Positions 9,901-21,900 of a stretch of 64,000 nt of DNA are shown here, piece by piece. The stretch comes from Hydrolagus affinis (taxonomy: Eukaryota): positions 1 to 64,000 of the forward strand of contig JAAILG010001262.1 in assembly GCA_012026655.1 (NCBI GenBank). The letters are read 5' to 3'. The notes under the pieces are model-generated. The model saw only the letters and a list, made by a program, of their open reading frames with translations, made no database searches and was not told the origin of the DNA. Positions within the stretch are counted from its first letter, which is position 1, and each line of letters begins with the position of its first letter. A program made the translations under genes and the position numbers.

Positions 9901-12900
9901 AGGACCCATATCCTTTGGACATGCTCCAGGGAGAGATCTGATAAAATGACAATAGTACTTCAGGTGTCCATTTGCAGCTGTTCTGTATAAGTTTGTCTAA
10001 ATTTACACAGCATCCAATCGTACACTTTATGAGTACCCCTGCTGCCTAAATAAATGGCAACTTAAACTTCCATCTTACTGTGTAGCAAGTCCACAAAGTT
10101 TTGATATCTGACTACAACAACACAAACAAAATATATTTATTAAGTGCCTTTTATATCGAATGGATATCCCAAGGCACCAGACAGTTGAAAGGGATTTTGC
10201 TTTGCTGAGAGTTAGAATCAAGAGCTTTGGAGTGTAGGGGTTAGGTAGAGGGTAGTATCAGTTACTTGATGTTGTATATTTTTGCCTACAAAATACACTT
10301 ACAAAAATACATAAATAACAACTTAGATTTATTTACAGTCAATTCACTGTACTGGTACGGTATATTGTGTGAAGCACTTTGAGATGTAAAGAAGTTGTGA
10401 TAAGCTCTCTAGCAAACAAAAGGATTATTATTATATACAGGTAAGCCTCTTTAGGATGCTTCAATTTAGGATGTTTCGGTTGAAGGAACATCATTTTTTA
10501 ACACCTTTTGATCGATATAGGACACTTGGATTTGTTTTACCATACCAAATTTTTGTTTTGCGCATGCACAGTACATATTTTGAATATTGCGGTCGCATTT
10601 TGCGCATCCTTTTTGTTCATACGCACAGTCCATAGTGTATTCGCGGGTAAATCGCGCTTGCACCTGATATAGTGTATCCAAGCGTTTGAACTGGCCAATA
10701 ACATGTCGCTACATCATTGTTTAAAAGCCAGCTGATTTTGAAGCGACACCGCGCCACATCAGTATTACAGTAATTTCTGAACATTCCCGAGCAATTTTGA
10801 GCTATTTACAGCCTCTACCGCGTTTATACCATGTCGGGAACAGACAGCAGTAAGTGAAATGAGCAGCGCTAATACCGCTAGCAGCCAGAAACCCCGAAAA
10901 GTCATCACTTTAAATACTAAATTGGAGGTGATAAAGTGCATCGAGTCTGGTGAAAAAGGTATAGACTTCGGGAGGACTTTAGGGCTAACTAGATTGACGG
11001 TGGCTACTATAAAACAGAATAAGAACAGTATACTGGCAAGTTCAAGGTGTGTTACAGGTGCAAATAGATTAGCAAAACCTGGGAGTGATGCGATGGAAAA
11101 CATGGAAAGAATGCTGAGTGTCTGGATTGAGGATCAGAACCATCGTAATATACCACTCAACACCCTGGTTATCCAAGAGAAGGCAAAATCATTGTTTAGG
11201 GAGTTAAATGATCAGGAAGGAGAAGGCTCAACGGCACCATCTTTCATTGCTAGCAGAGGGTGGTTTCAAAGGTTTAAAAGACACTATGGGCTCCACAACA
11301 TCAAGATGAGTGGGGGAAGCTGCAAGTGCCACTGACACACTGGCAGTATTAAAGTATGGCACTAGTGTACTGTATTAAAGTTTGCCAATATTAAAGTACA
11401 ATACTGTATAGTTACCCCCAAATACCCCTTCTTGCCTATGTAATTTGTGTGTTATGTTGTGTGTTATTTAGTGGATTTAATGTCCAAAAATGTTGTGAAA
11501 AGAACACATCTCTGGTTATATAATGGGACCGCATGGGAAATCGCATTTCAATTTAGGACATTTCGATCTAGATACAGTTTTTCAGGAACGCAACTCCGTC
11601 CTAAAAAGAGATTTACCTGTAGTGGCTTTCTCCAGGGTCTAAGTCCTGTGAAGCACTTTGGGACTTGCTTCTCATGTGAATGGTGTTATATCAAATATAA
11701 GTATTGTTGTTATTTATTATTATTGTATATCATCCTGGCTTGGTGGTTGTCCTCTTTGGGTTAGAAAGTTAAGTTGGGATTTGAACTCACACAATCTAAG
11801 CTTTTACTGCAAAGCGTTGCTCAGGTTGCATTGCATTTTTGGAGATGCTGTTCTTCAAATAGATGTTAAAACTGAGATCCCATCTGCCTGTTCAGACGGA
11901 TCTTAAAGAGTCTGTGGTAGCACAAATGGTATTGTCCCAGAGCATTTGACAGTGGCGGAGCATGACGCCGAGTTGGGCGGAGAGGTTAGGTGACCGGTAT
12001 CATGGTCAAAGAAGTGTCAGGGGGGTCATCTTTCAGATCATACATTAAACTGAGATCCTGCGTGTCTGTTCATTTTGAAAAGTTAAGGGATATGGGGTTA
12101 GAGTGGGTGAGTGAAATTAGGTCAGAGGATCAGCCATGATCTTATTGAATGGTGGGCCAGGCTTGAGGGGCAGAATGGCCTACTCCTATTTATTATGTTC
12201 TTATATATGTTCAGATGGACGTTAAAGATCCCAAGACACTATTTGAAGAGAAAAGAGTTTCTCTTTGTGACTTGACCATCAATCTCTCAGTTAAAATTAG
12301 TCATTCACTTCATGGTTGTTTGCTGTGAGCAAATTGACTGTCACGTTCATGTAAAAAATACAGTTAGTATAGAATCATAGAATCTTACAGCACAAAAAGA
12401 GGCCATTCGGCCCATCGAGTCTGTGCCGGCTCTTTGAAAAGAGCAATTCAATCCCTCTCCCCAGCTCTCTCCCCATAACCGCGCAAACTCGTCCTCCCCA
12501 AATAAATGTCTACTCCACAGTAAATCCTGTAAACTGTTTTGAGACAATTGGATGAGATTAGGTGTTTTAGCATATGAAAGATTGTTATTGCTTTGTTTAA
12601 ATGGAAATTTGTACTCAATGAATTGCAGTTTACTGCCATATTAAATTATTTCTACTCAATCAATACATAGACTGTCACAGAACAGAAGCAAGCCACCAAA
12701 CCAACTGGTTTGTGCTGGTATTAATGCTCCATCATATGAGCCTCCACCACTCCTATTCCCCTCTCTTGTACCCCTCTATTATTCTCCCTTATTGTGCATT
12801 AAGTTTCCTCATAAATACTTCACCCACATTTTCAGCCAGTGAGCTCTACATACTTGCAGCTCTATAATATAATAATAATATAATAATAATTAATAATAAT

Positions 12901-15900
12901 AATAATCCTTGCATTTGATATAGCGCTTTCCACATTTTATCAATGTCCCAAAGCGCTTCACAGAATATACTGTAAAGTGAATTGACTGTATATATTTGTG
13001 GGCGGATCGTGGCAGCCAATTGCGCACAGCAGTGTCCCACACACAGTCGTGGATTGAAATGACCAATTTTATTATTGTGATTTTTTTGGAGAGATTATTA
13101 TTAGGCGTGTGGAGTAAGGAAACTTGCCCAAGGTGTCGCCCTGACCTGCCTGGATTCGAACACAAGTCTCTATATAAAGACTTGTGGTGTCCTGGCCTAG
13201 TGGTTAGAGCACTTGCCTCACAAGTGAGAGACCTGGGTTTGATTCCCAACAGGACGAAACCTAGGGCAAGTTTCCTTACTCCAAATGCCTGATAATAATT
13301 CCCCAAGAAAAAATAATAATAATTTGGTCACTCAATCCAGGAATGTTTGTGAGACACTACTGTGCACGATTGACTGCTGTGTTTCGTCCACAAATATTCA
13401 AAGTACAGCTGGGTCAGCACAACTGGATACGATATACAGTACTGTAGTCTGGAGGCTGTAATGATCTTTAAGTGCTTCAAGTGTTAATGTTTATGCTGTT
13501 TAGAAAAGGAATAATTTTCCTCTTTATAAATGTAGCAAACCTTTTTTTTACAGGTGTATTCAAAATAATGCATCTTTTATATGCTGTAAAAATGTAGTAA
13601 TTTGTCAGTATCTGCTGGAGTGAAGATGTATACGAACAAAATAAAACTCACAGTAAATTCAAGTTACAAAAAAACTCTAGTACTGTACTAGTGTGTAGAA
13701 TCTTGCTTGCACATGTACCGTGGATTTCATAACTTTAGTTTAATGGATACAGTGTTCTGTATTTGCAGGATAATGTTTCAGTTAATGAGTATTATTTATT
13801 ATGTCTCCAAGTAATCCTTCCAGATGGTGTAGGTTTTCAGTATATGTGATTTGTAATCTGGACAATCTTGATGGATGCTGCTTTTTAAAATGTCCATCAC
13901 AATTTGTCACTTTGTTTTTTTAAAAAGCCGTTTTCACCCTTTGCGACACTATTCCAGCTACACTTAAACATTCTGAGTACTTGGGCCTGCCAGAAGGTTT
14001 GGGTCCAAGAAATACTGAACCCTTTGTACTTTCTTATAAAATGACAAAAAGTCTTGGGTGATGGGCAACTGTTTCTCTGGTTGAATGTTTCTGAGGGGAC
14101 GTGTATGTTCACTGTAATTCAAGATGATGTTGGAAGGCCTATCAGTGATTTTGGAAGTGCAAATGCGCCCTGAACTCTGGGCAAGAACCCTAATGGTTAG
14201 TGTAGTCTCAGCTGGTCAATTCTGTGAAATGTAACTGCGCTTTTTAATAGTAAAGCTAAGTTGTTAGCATTAAGTTAATAGACTAATGAAACTCAGTAAA
14301 TATTAACTTGCACTGAGTCTGATGGAAATTTTAATTACTGGGCAATTGACTGTTTCTCCAACATAGCGCTTGTGTTATAAGTTATAAATGCTCAGTGCTG
14401 TTCATGATCCTCTGTACTTTTGATAAATGTGGTACCTGTATTACTACATGTAAACACTGCAACCAGATCAATGCTTTCTAAAAAATATAATCCGTTCAGA
14501 ATAACACTAACCTAATCCTTGCACTCAGTAAAGAGTAGTGACTTTTCATGTTAAAAATTCTCAAATCGCTTCACACTTATTGTTTAAAATATAGTAACTA
14601 TTTATAGGTGAACAATGTCAATTCACAATGTCCTAAAGACCACCACAAAGAAAGTAATTAATTTATCTGTAGGATTGTTCACCGGAACACCAGGAGAAAC
14701 ACCCTTCTCAAATGGTGCTGCCGGATCTTTCAAGTCTGCCGTAACAGGCAGCAACAATCTCTGTTTTAATGTCTCATCTGAAAGACAGTACCTCTGACAA
14801 TCCAACACTTCTCGGTACTGCATTGGACTATCTGCAGAGACTAAGTACTAATTTGGGTTTGAACCCACCACTTTTTGACTCAGGAATGAGATTGCTCCCA
14901 ATTGATCAAATGCAAGGATTATTATTATTATAATTGAGCCAAACTGACACCTGATTTTGTTCTACAATATTTGTAATACAGTATTTGGGTGTCACTCATG
15001 ACACCTACATTGGCATCTTAAAATTATACTGTACATTGTTTTTTGTTGTGCTTGGCTAGCAAATAACACTAGAAAAGAATCAAGTGCTAAAGTCAGCCCA
15101 TTTTTAATTATAATGCTGACTTTCAGTAACTATGTAAAAACTGCTTGCTCTGGAACACGAGAATGTGCCAATGTATCACTAACTCCATGGTGCATTTGAC
15201 AAAGCTATGATTAGCCCTTCAAATGTTGATGCTTCAAAATGTTTCCTACATTAATGAATAATGTTTCAACTGCCTTCTGCAATTTCATTTCTTGTGAAGG
15301 GAACTTGATGAAATACTATCTGTAAAATACACCAAAATACAGAAACCTATTCTTACAAAAGTGCTATGTTTTTACTGTTGGAGCATTTTGATATTGGCAA
15401 GATCAGGATTCATATAAACGGGAGGAAATGCATCTTGTTTAATAAATATCAATATTCAGGTCAGTAGTTTAGGTATTGATTTTTAAAAAAAAACTAAGTG
15501 TTCTTTTTAGGCTTAATTAAATGTAGGTGATTAATTCGCTTGCACAATTGAGCATCGTCTTATTAAGTGAGGCTTGCTGTGTTTTGGAAGTACAGACACC
15601 CGGCTTACCAAAAAAAAGTAAACAGCTCCCGGCCAGTGCAGCTTTAAATAACAGGCACTAGTATGGGAACAAAAGCCATCTGTCCTCTTAGGCTGATGAC
15701 ATATTTGTTAGAATACAGTATTAATACTGAATTATGTTCCAGTTCTTGTGGTATAAGTAAATCCTGTGTACCAAGACCACCCCAGAGAAGCATAGAATGA
15801 TCATCTTTCACGAGTTGTGTGGTTTGGTGTTCAGAAAAATTGGTACAGTATGTGAAATCTACAGCAGCCATAGGAGCTTTTGTGTTTTAGGAGCCTGTAC

Positions 15901-18900
15901 ATTTCAGTGATAAAATCTGTTTTAGATCTATGTTCACCCACAAAATATATAGTCGATTCACTTTACAGTATATTCTATGGTGGGGGTGGGGCAGATGAGC
16001 AACTTTCTTAAGTTGAACGCCAACCAGACCAAGGCCCCCATGATTGGCTCCCGTCTGTGCCTCCACACCTCAGGTGCTAACAGCATCACCATCCGGGGAT
16101 GCAGACTGCACCTCATTGAGCCAATGTGGAACCTTGGCATCTTGTTCGACCCTCAACTACCCTTTCTATCTCATATCTATGCCATTACCCGCTTTGCCTT
16201 CCCTCACCTCCGCCACATCGTCCAGCTCCGCCACAATCTCACACCGCAGGCCACTGAAGCCCTCATCCACGCATTCATAGCATCCAGGCTTGACTGCAAA
16301 TTCCCTGCTTGTCGGCTCCCTCGACTTCTCCCTATATAGGCTGCAGATCATCCAGAATCCTGCAGCCGGTCCTCTCTAGCACCAGGCTCCGTGAACACAT
16401 CACCCCCATACTTGGCTCTACTGGTTTCCCATCACACAGAGGTTACAGTTCAAGATCCTGGTCCTCACCCTCAAAGCCCACCATGGCCTCGCTCCCATAC
16501 TTCTGAGACTTCCTAACCCCCCTAACAATTTGCCTGCGCCCTCCGCTCAGCGGACTCAGGCCTGCTTCAGATCCCGCTGAATCGCCCAACCCACCGTTGG
16601 CAGGCAGTCCTTCTGCTATTTTGCCCCCACCCTCAAACTCCAACCCGCTGTCCCTCTGCCTTCTTTGCCTCCTTCAAGATCCAAGTTTGGCTCTTGCCAA
16701 ACCATGCCCAGTATTCTTTCGAAGCTTGGTGTGTCCCTCCAAGAAGAGAGTGCCCATTCTATTTCAACTCGGAAATCTCATGAGTATGTGGAACACTGAC
16801 TGTTTAGATACTATTAAGTATAGTATATTATGCTTAAGAGTATCCAACGCAGACACGAGTTACTGTTGGATGTCTAGTTGACCAAAACAAATCTAGGAAG
16901 AACTTTTTGAAGCATTGTGGAAAGTTTGAGTGGGAGCTCAGGCAAGGAGGGAACTAGGAGAGGTGGAGGTGCAACATCAAAGAGAGAAATCTTTAAACAG
17001 GTTTTGAAAGAGGATAGGGAGCGAGGCAGAGGGATATCAAATGTATTCTAGAGGACGAGGAACAAAGAAACTGAAAGATTGCCCACCACAAGGCAGGCGG
17101 GCATGAAGCAGGACAGATTTGGTATAACATAAGGAATTATTAGGTGAGTAATTGCAGGGGATGGTTGAGGTAAGGGTGTGATCAGATGAGGAATAGGGAG
17201 TCAGTAGAGCTGAGTTGATAGATGGAGTTGATGGGCTCATGGAATCTAGTGCGGAAGAGAATTTCAAGCTTGGATTGAAGGTTTAAAGGAGAGTTGAAGG
17301 TGAAACAAACCTCTTGAGTTTCTGCACAGGCTCCCTCCATAGGTTAAACTATGAATGGAGAGGTTAATGTATCAGCGCTGAGGCAAGGAAACACTGACAG
17401 GAGCCAAGCAGGAAAGGGTACCTTTTTTAATGTTAAGAGATGAGACAAGCTCAATTTGGAATAAACGTTTAGGCTGTACTGCTCAGTTGTTGAAAACTAA
17501 ATCTTGACTCTAGTTTTTCTTGCAACAAGTGCAAAATTGTTTCACATTATTAAAAAGTACAAAAAACTAATAAACCTTTATCTTGAATTTCTTTAAAGGG
17601 GACCATTCATCCTTTCCGCAAGTCTCACCGGTCTCTGGGTGGAAAGTTTACACAAGAGTTTCTGCTAGTGGCAGCTGATAGGCGGGTAAGTGCGCATTGT
17701 GTATCTGCAAACTGACTATTCCCTGTTTAGATATGTTTAATTCTCTTGCAATTATAAAGATAGTTCAAATTGTACTTTTTTTAATAAAACTTACCAACAT
17801 AATGATTGTCTTTAGTAAGCCATGTGTTTTTTTTTAATTATAGCACAATGATTCCTGATCATTATTTTGCTGAGAAATCCTTGCTTGAATCAGGATTTAT
17901 ATAAAAAAGGAATTAAAAAAAAATTGGCTAATCTTTGTACCATGGTAATATTTGTCATGCAGAAATTCCACTAAACAGACTAGGAAAACAAAGCGAAAAA
18001 CTTTTTATGCAAAAGAGCTTGCTTTATAAAATGGCAAACTATTGTTTGCTTCCAATTTGTTCCTTAAGTTTATGGTGTCGATAACCTGTGGATAATTTCC
18101 TCTAAGCAGAAAATTCCTTAAGTCCCTTTTGCACTGTAGTAGAACCTCTTAACTGCATTTTTTTTTGTCTTGTAACTCGTTCTGTTTCAAACTGCCTGGC
18201 TGTGATGCTTTTACTGCTAAATGTAGAGGGATGGCCTGCTTCCAGACAGCTGCCAATTTTCTTGCAAAGAAGCTGTCCAAATGTGTTAACTTCCCACCCT
18301 CCTTTGGCAGTACAGTTTCTGCTTGGAACGGCTCAGTTTGGAAATAAGTAGAGTAGTGATTTAAAATAATTCCTATGTTTGGTGGCGCACCTTTCATGTC
18401 TGTCACATTCACAGGATGTAAATTGTAGTGACTACATTTGGTGGACGAATGCGGAGTCAATTTTTGCTGTTCCACAAACAGCCATAAAGTAAATGCCCAT
18501 TTCTTATTGGGGGATTGTTGGCCAGTAAACTGGGAGAAATTCTTCACTTGTCAAATAGTGCCTGTGCAGATGAATAGCATTCATCTGCACAGGCAGATGG
18601 GTCCTCGATTTTAATGTTTCATCTGCAGGATGTCACCTCCCACACTCTCAGCAAAGACTATATAAGTTCCAAATCCCAAAGTGGGATTTGAACTAATAAC
18701 ATTTTGACTTAGAGTTGAGAGGCTGCTAACCGAGCTGGTCTGAAGCTTAAATTTTAATATTTCTCTGGTTCTTTTCTCTTTATGTTCTTGAGATAGCGCT
18801 TTAAAGCTATCCCTCTGTATACTAGCCAGTTGTAAACTTGCTTTTAGCTTCAGACATTTATTATTTTACTCACTTCCCATTTAATTAAATTGCATGTTAA

Positions 18901-21900
18901 ATACAACTGTGAATATTTGATTTGCTTTGCTCTAATTATATAATTTTTTCACCCTTTGCAATCTGTTTACATCAATACCCTTCCTGGGCTGAAAGAAGGG
19001 CTGGTGCCCTGTAGAGCTGTTTTCTGATGTCCACGAGTTGGGGATGGGTGATGGGGGGGGAGTCACTGGGTGTGCTTTCCTTTATCATCTCTTTCTTCCT
19101 CCTGCTCCCCACATGGACCGAGCTCCTATTTTCTAGTTGGTATTTTCACATGGCTGCACCAACCATCCAAGTAATCAAGTTGCTGTGTGTGGAATCACAG
19201 CGGTAAACCCAGCACATACCACTCTGGAACACAGCATGTCACAACCCCAGTGTTTCACCAGAGGGTTTTGCTAGACGTTAGTGTTTGGTGCCATGGTGTT
19301 CAAATTTTATTTCACTGAGTGGGCAAGCGGCTTTTCAATTAAGAGCATGGGGTGATGTTGATTTCCTACCAGTGAGATTGACCAGCAGAGAGAATTTAAG
19401 TGCAGCAAACTGCTGTGCAATAGATATTTTTCTTTCTTAACCACCAGTCAGTAGAAGACACAGAATTACAATGTTTATGATAAATGATGTCCAGCATTTT
19501 TAAACATTCTACTTCCACAAGTGCTAGTGCATGTTAGTTTCCCATCTAATAAAAGTAGAGCCAGAATACATTGATGCTTATTTAATTTTAGGACTGATCT
19601 AAAACATCCAATCTGATATGTGTGTTTACCTGCACTATTTCTATGCCTGCTGTCCGAACATCGTATTCATTGACTGATTAAATCCACATTTGTATTGAAA
19701 GTGCAAATATTTAGCCAATTAAAAATCACAGAGGAAGCAAAATTCACGGGCGATGATGTAATGAATGGTTTAATGCTGTTAACACACAATGTTTTTAATC
19801 TACAGTCATGGAAGATCCTGCTGTTTGGAGTATTGAATGTGGTTTGCACAGGCTTTCTACTGATGTGGTGCAGTGCCACAAATAGCATGGGTAAGTGAGA
19901 TTATTTGTATTCTAACCTGACAATTATAGTAGTCAGTCCAACCCCCTATTATAACAAGGGCATCTGATTTTTTTGATTTTAACCAATAAATGATAAAACA
20001 AAGGTGTTTATCCAATAAGTTGGATAAACCAGTAAAACACCAGAAATGGTTACTCAACTCCAAGGTGAGGTATTCCCTCTTTCGCCCCCCATCGGCAGCG
20101 TTGTGGTGTGCCAGTTGCACACGCATCGTTCTCCGCCTCTCCCTCTTTTCTGTAGGCGAAGGCACGTTTGATGAAGCGTTGAGAGGAAGGAGACACTACA
20201 CATGCACAAGATCGTCTCCTCAATGTATGCACGAGCATGTCTAATTGTTGCATAATGAAAGCCCCAAACACTCCCAATTTCTAAACAATTGAAAAAAAAT
20301 CTGTAATTAATCCCTAAAATCAGAAGCCCTAATTATAACGCAGTGGTAGGGATCCTTAAAATGAGACACTGAGCTGTAATGCATTGCATGATAGTGCCAT
20401 TGCCAATCAGCATTTCATTATCACATTTTCAGCATTTGCTAGGGTTGCAGCTGACTGGCATTGAAGCTACTTTATATCCAGCTGAAGTTGTACAGTATAT
20501 AAATTTACTTTCAAGTCAAAACCCCATGAAACTAAGAATCTGGAAACTAAAACATTTTCATTTGCATAGCGCCTATCACGTCAGGAGTATATCCCAAAGC
20601 ACTGGACAGTCAGGGATCCACACCCAAGCTGGTGCTTGAGATCAGGAGGGAGGTAGGGTAACCAAAGGCACGGTCAAAGAGAAAGGTCTTGAGATAGGTC
20701 TTGAACAAGGCAAGCGTAGGAGCAATGCAGAGTGCTTGTGGGATGGAGTTCCAGAGAAGGCCCGCCCAACAATGGTGGAGCAGGCCAGAGCCCGCTTCAC
20801 GTTATTTAAACCACATTTTTATTCAGGATAGCCTGATTTTTATTTGTTTTAAATAAAATACAATTTAAACATAAAAGTCAACAAGCTGTTGAAAATAACT
20901 CTTAAATTTATCTGGATTCTTAAATTGTTTTTAAGCCACAGTCTAAGTGGTTGTTAAATGACTGTAGGTTTAGATGTGGTTAATCGCTTTGACTTAATTA
21001 TGTCCAATTATATTGCATATAGTTTGTGGTATTTTCTGAGTTAATGTCAAGTAGTATGTCCTGAATATAAGGTTAATTTAATTTTTCAGGTCTCACCAGT
21101 AATTCTTGGTTTCAGAAGTAAAATCTTTGTGCAACTTCCTCTAACCAGTTGTGGTTCCAACTCATTTCTAATATATTACAAAATAACAGATTAACCAGGA
21201 TTGGTCATCGTAAAATTTCTCCAGCTTCTGTGATCTTAGTCAGAGGCACTCTGTTAAAGTAGCTTTCTTTCAGTAGGCTGTCTTGAATGCATAAGTTGAA
21301 GTGCTTTGGGGAACTCATTTTCTAAGAGTATACCATTCTCGTGGTAAACTCATATACAGGCATGCATGGATCTTGGCAACTATTGCTGGCTTTCCTAATG
21401 ATCGGCACTGCTACTTTTTTCGACAAAACCATTTGATTTGGTATAATGGGCTGAAGACAATACACGTGAAACAAAATTTCATTGTAAAATAAGCTTGATT
21501 GTTAGCAAAAATCTCCTCTGGTATACTATTTCTAGAGAATGTAGATTTCATTGCTTGAATAACCAATTTACTACAGGCATTGATCTAGATAGACGACTGA
21601 GTAATTAGAGGAATAATCCACGACTATCAAGTACTCCTTTTTGTTTGTTTGTACTCCGAGACCTGAAGCAGCTTTCTGCCATGGTCACTGATACTTTGCA
21701 AGTCTTCAGTCCAGCTCGCTGCATGGTGACCAATGTGGACATAAATTTTCCAGGAGTGTATATTACATATACCGTAGATCATGTTTCTGCAATCTTAGTA
21801 GTAATTTGGGGATTCTTGGTAGATGACCTTTGTGTGATTTCTTAATGAATAACTTAATGAACCTTACTATTGTCAGGGCTTTTATGTTTCAATCAGAAAA

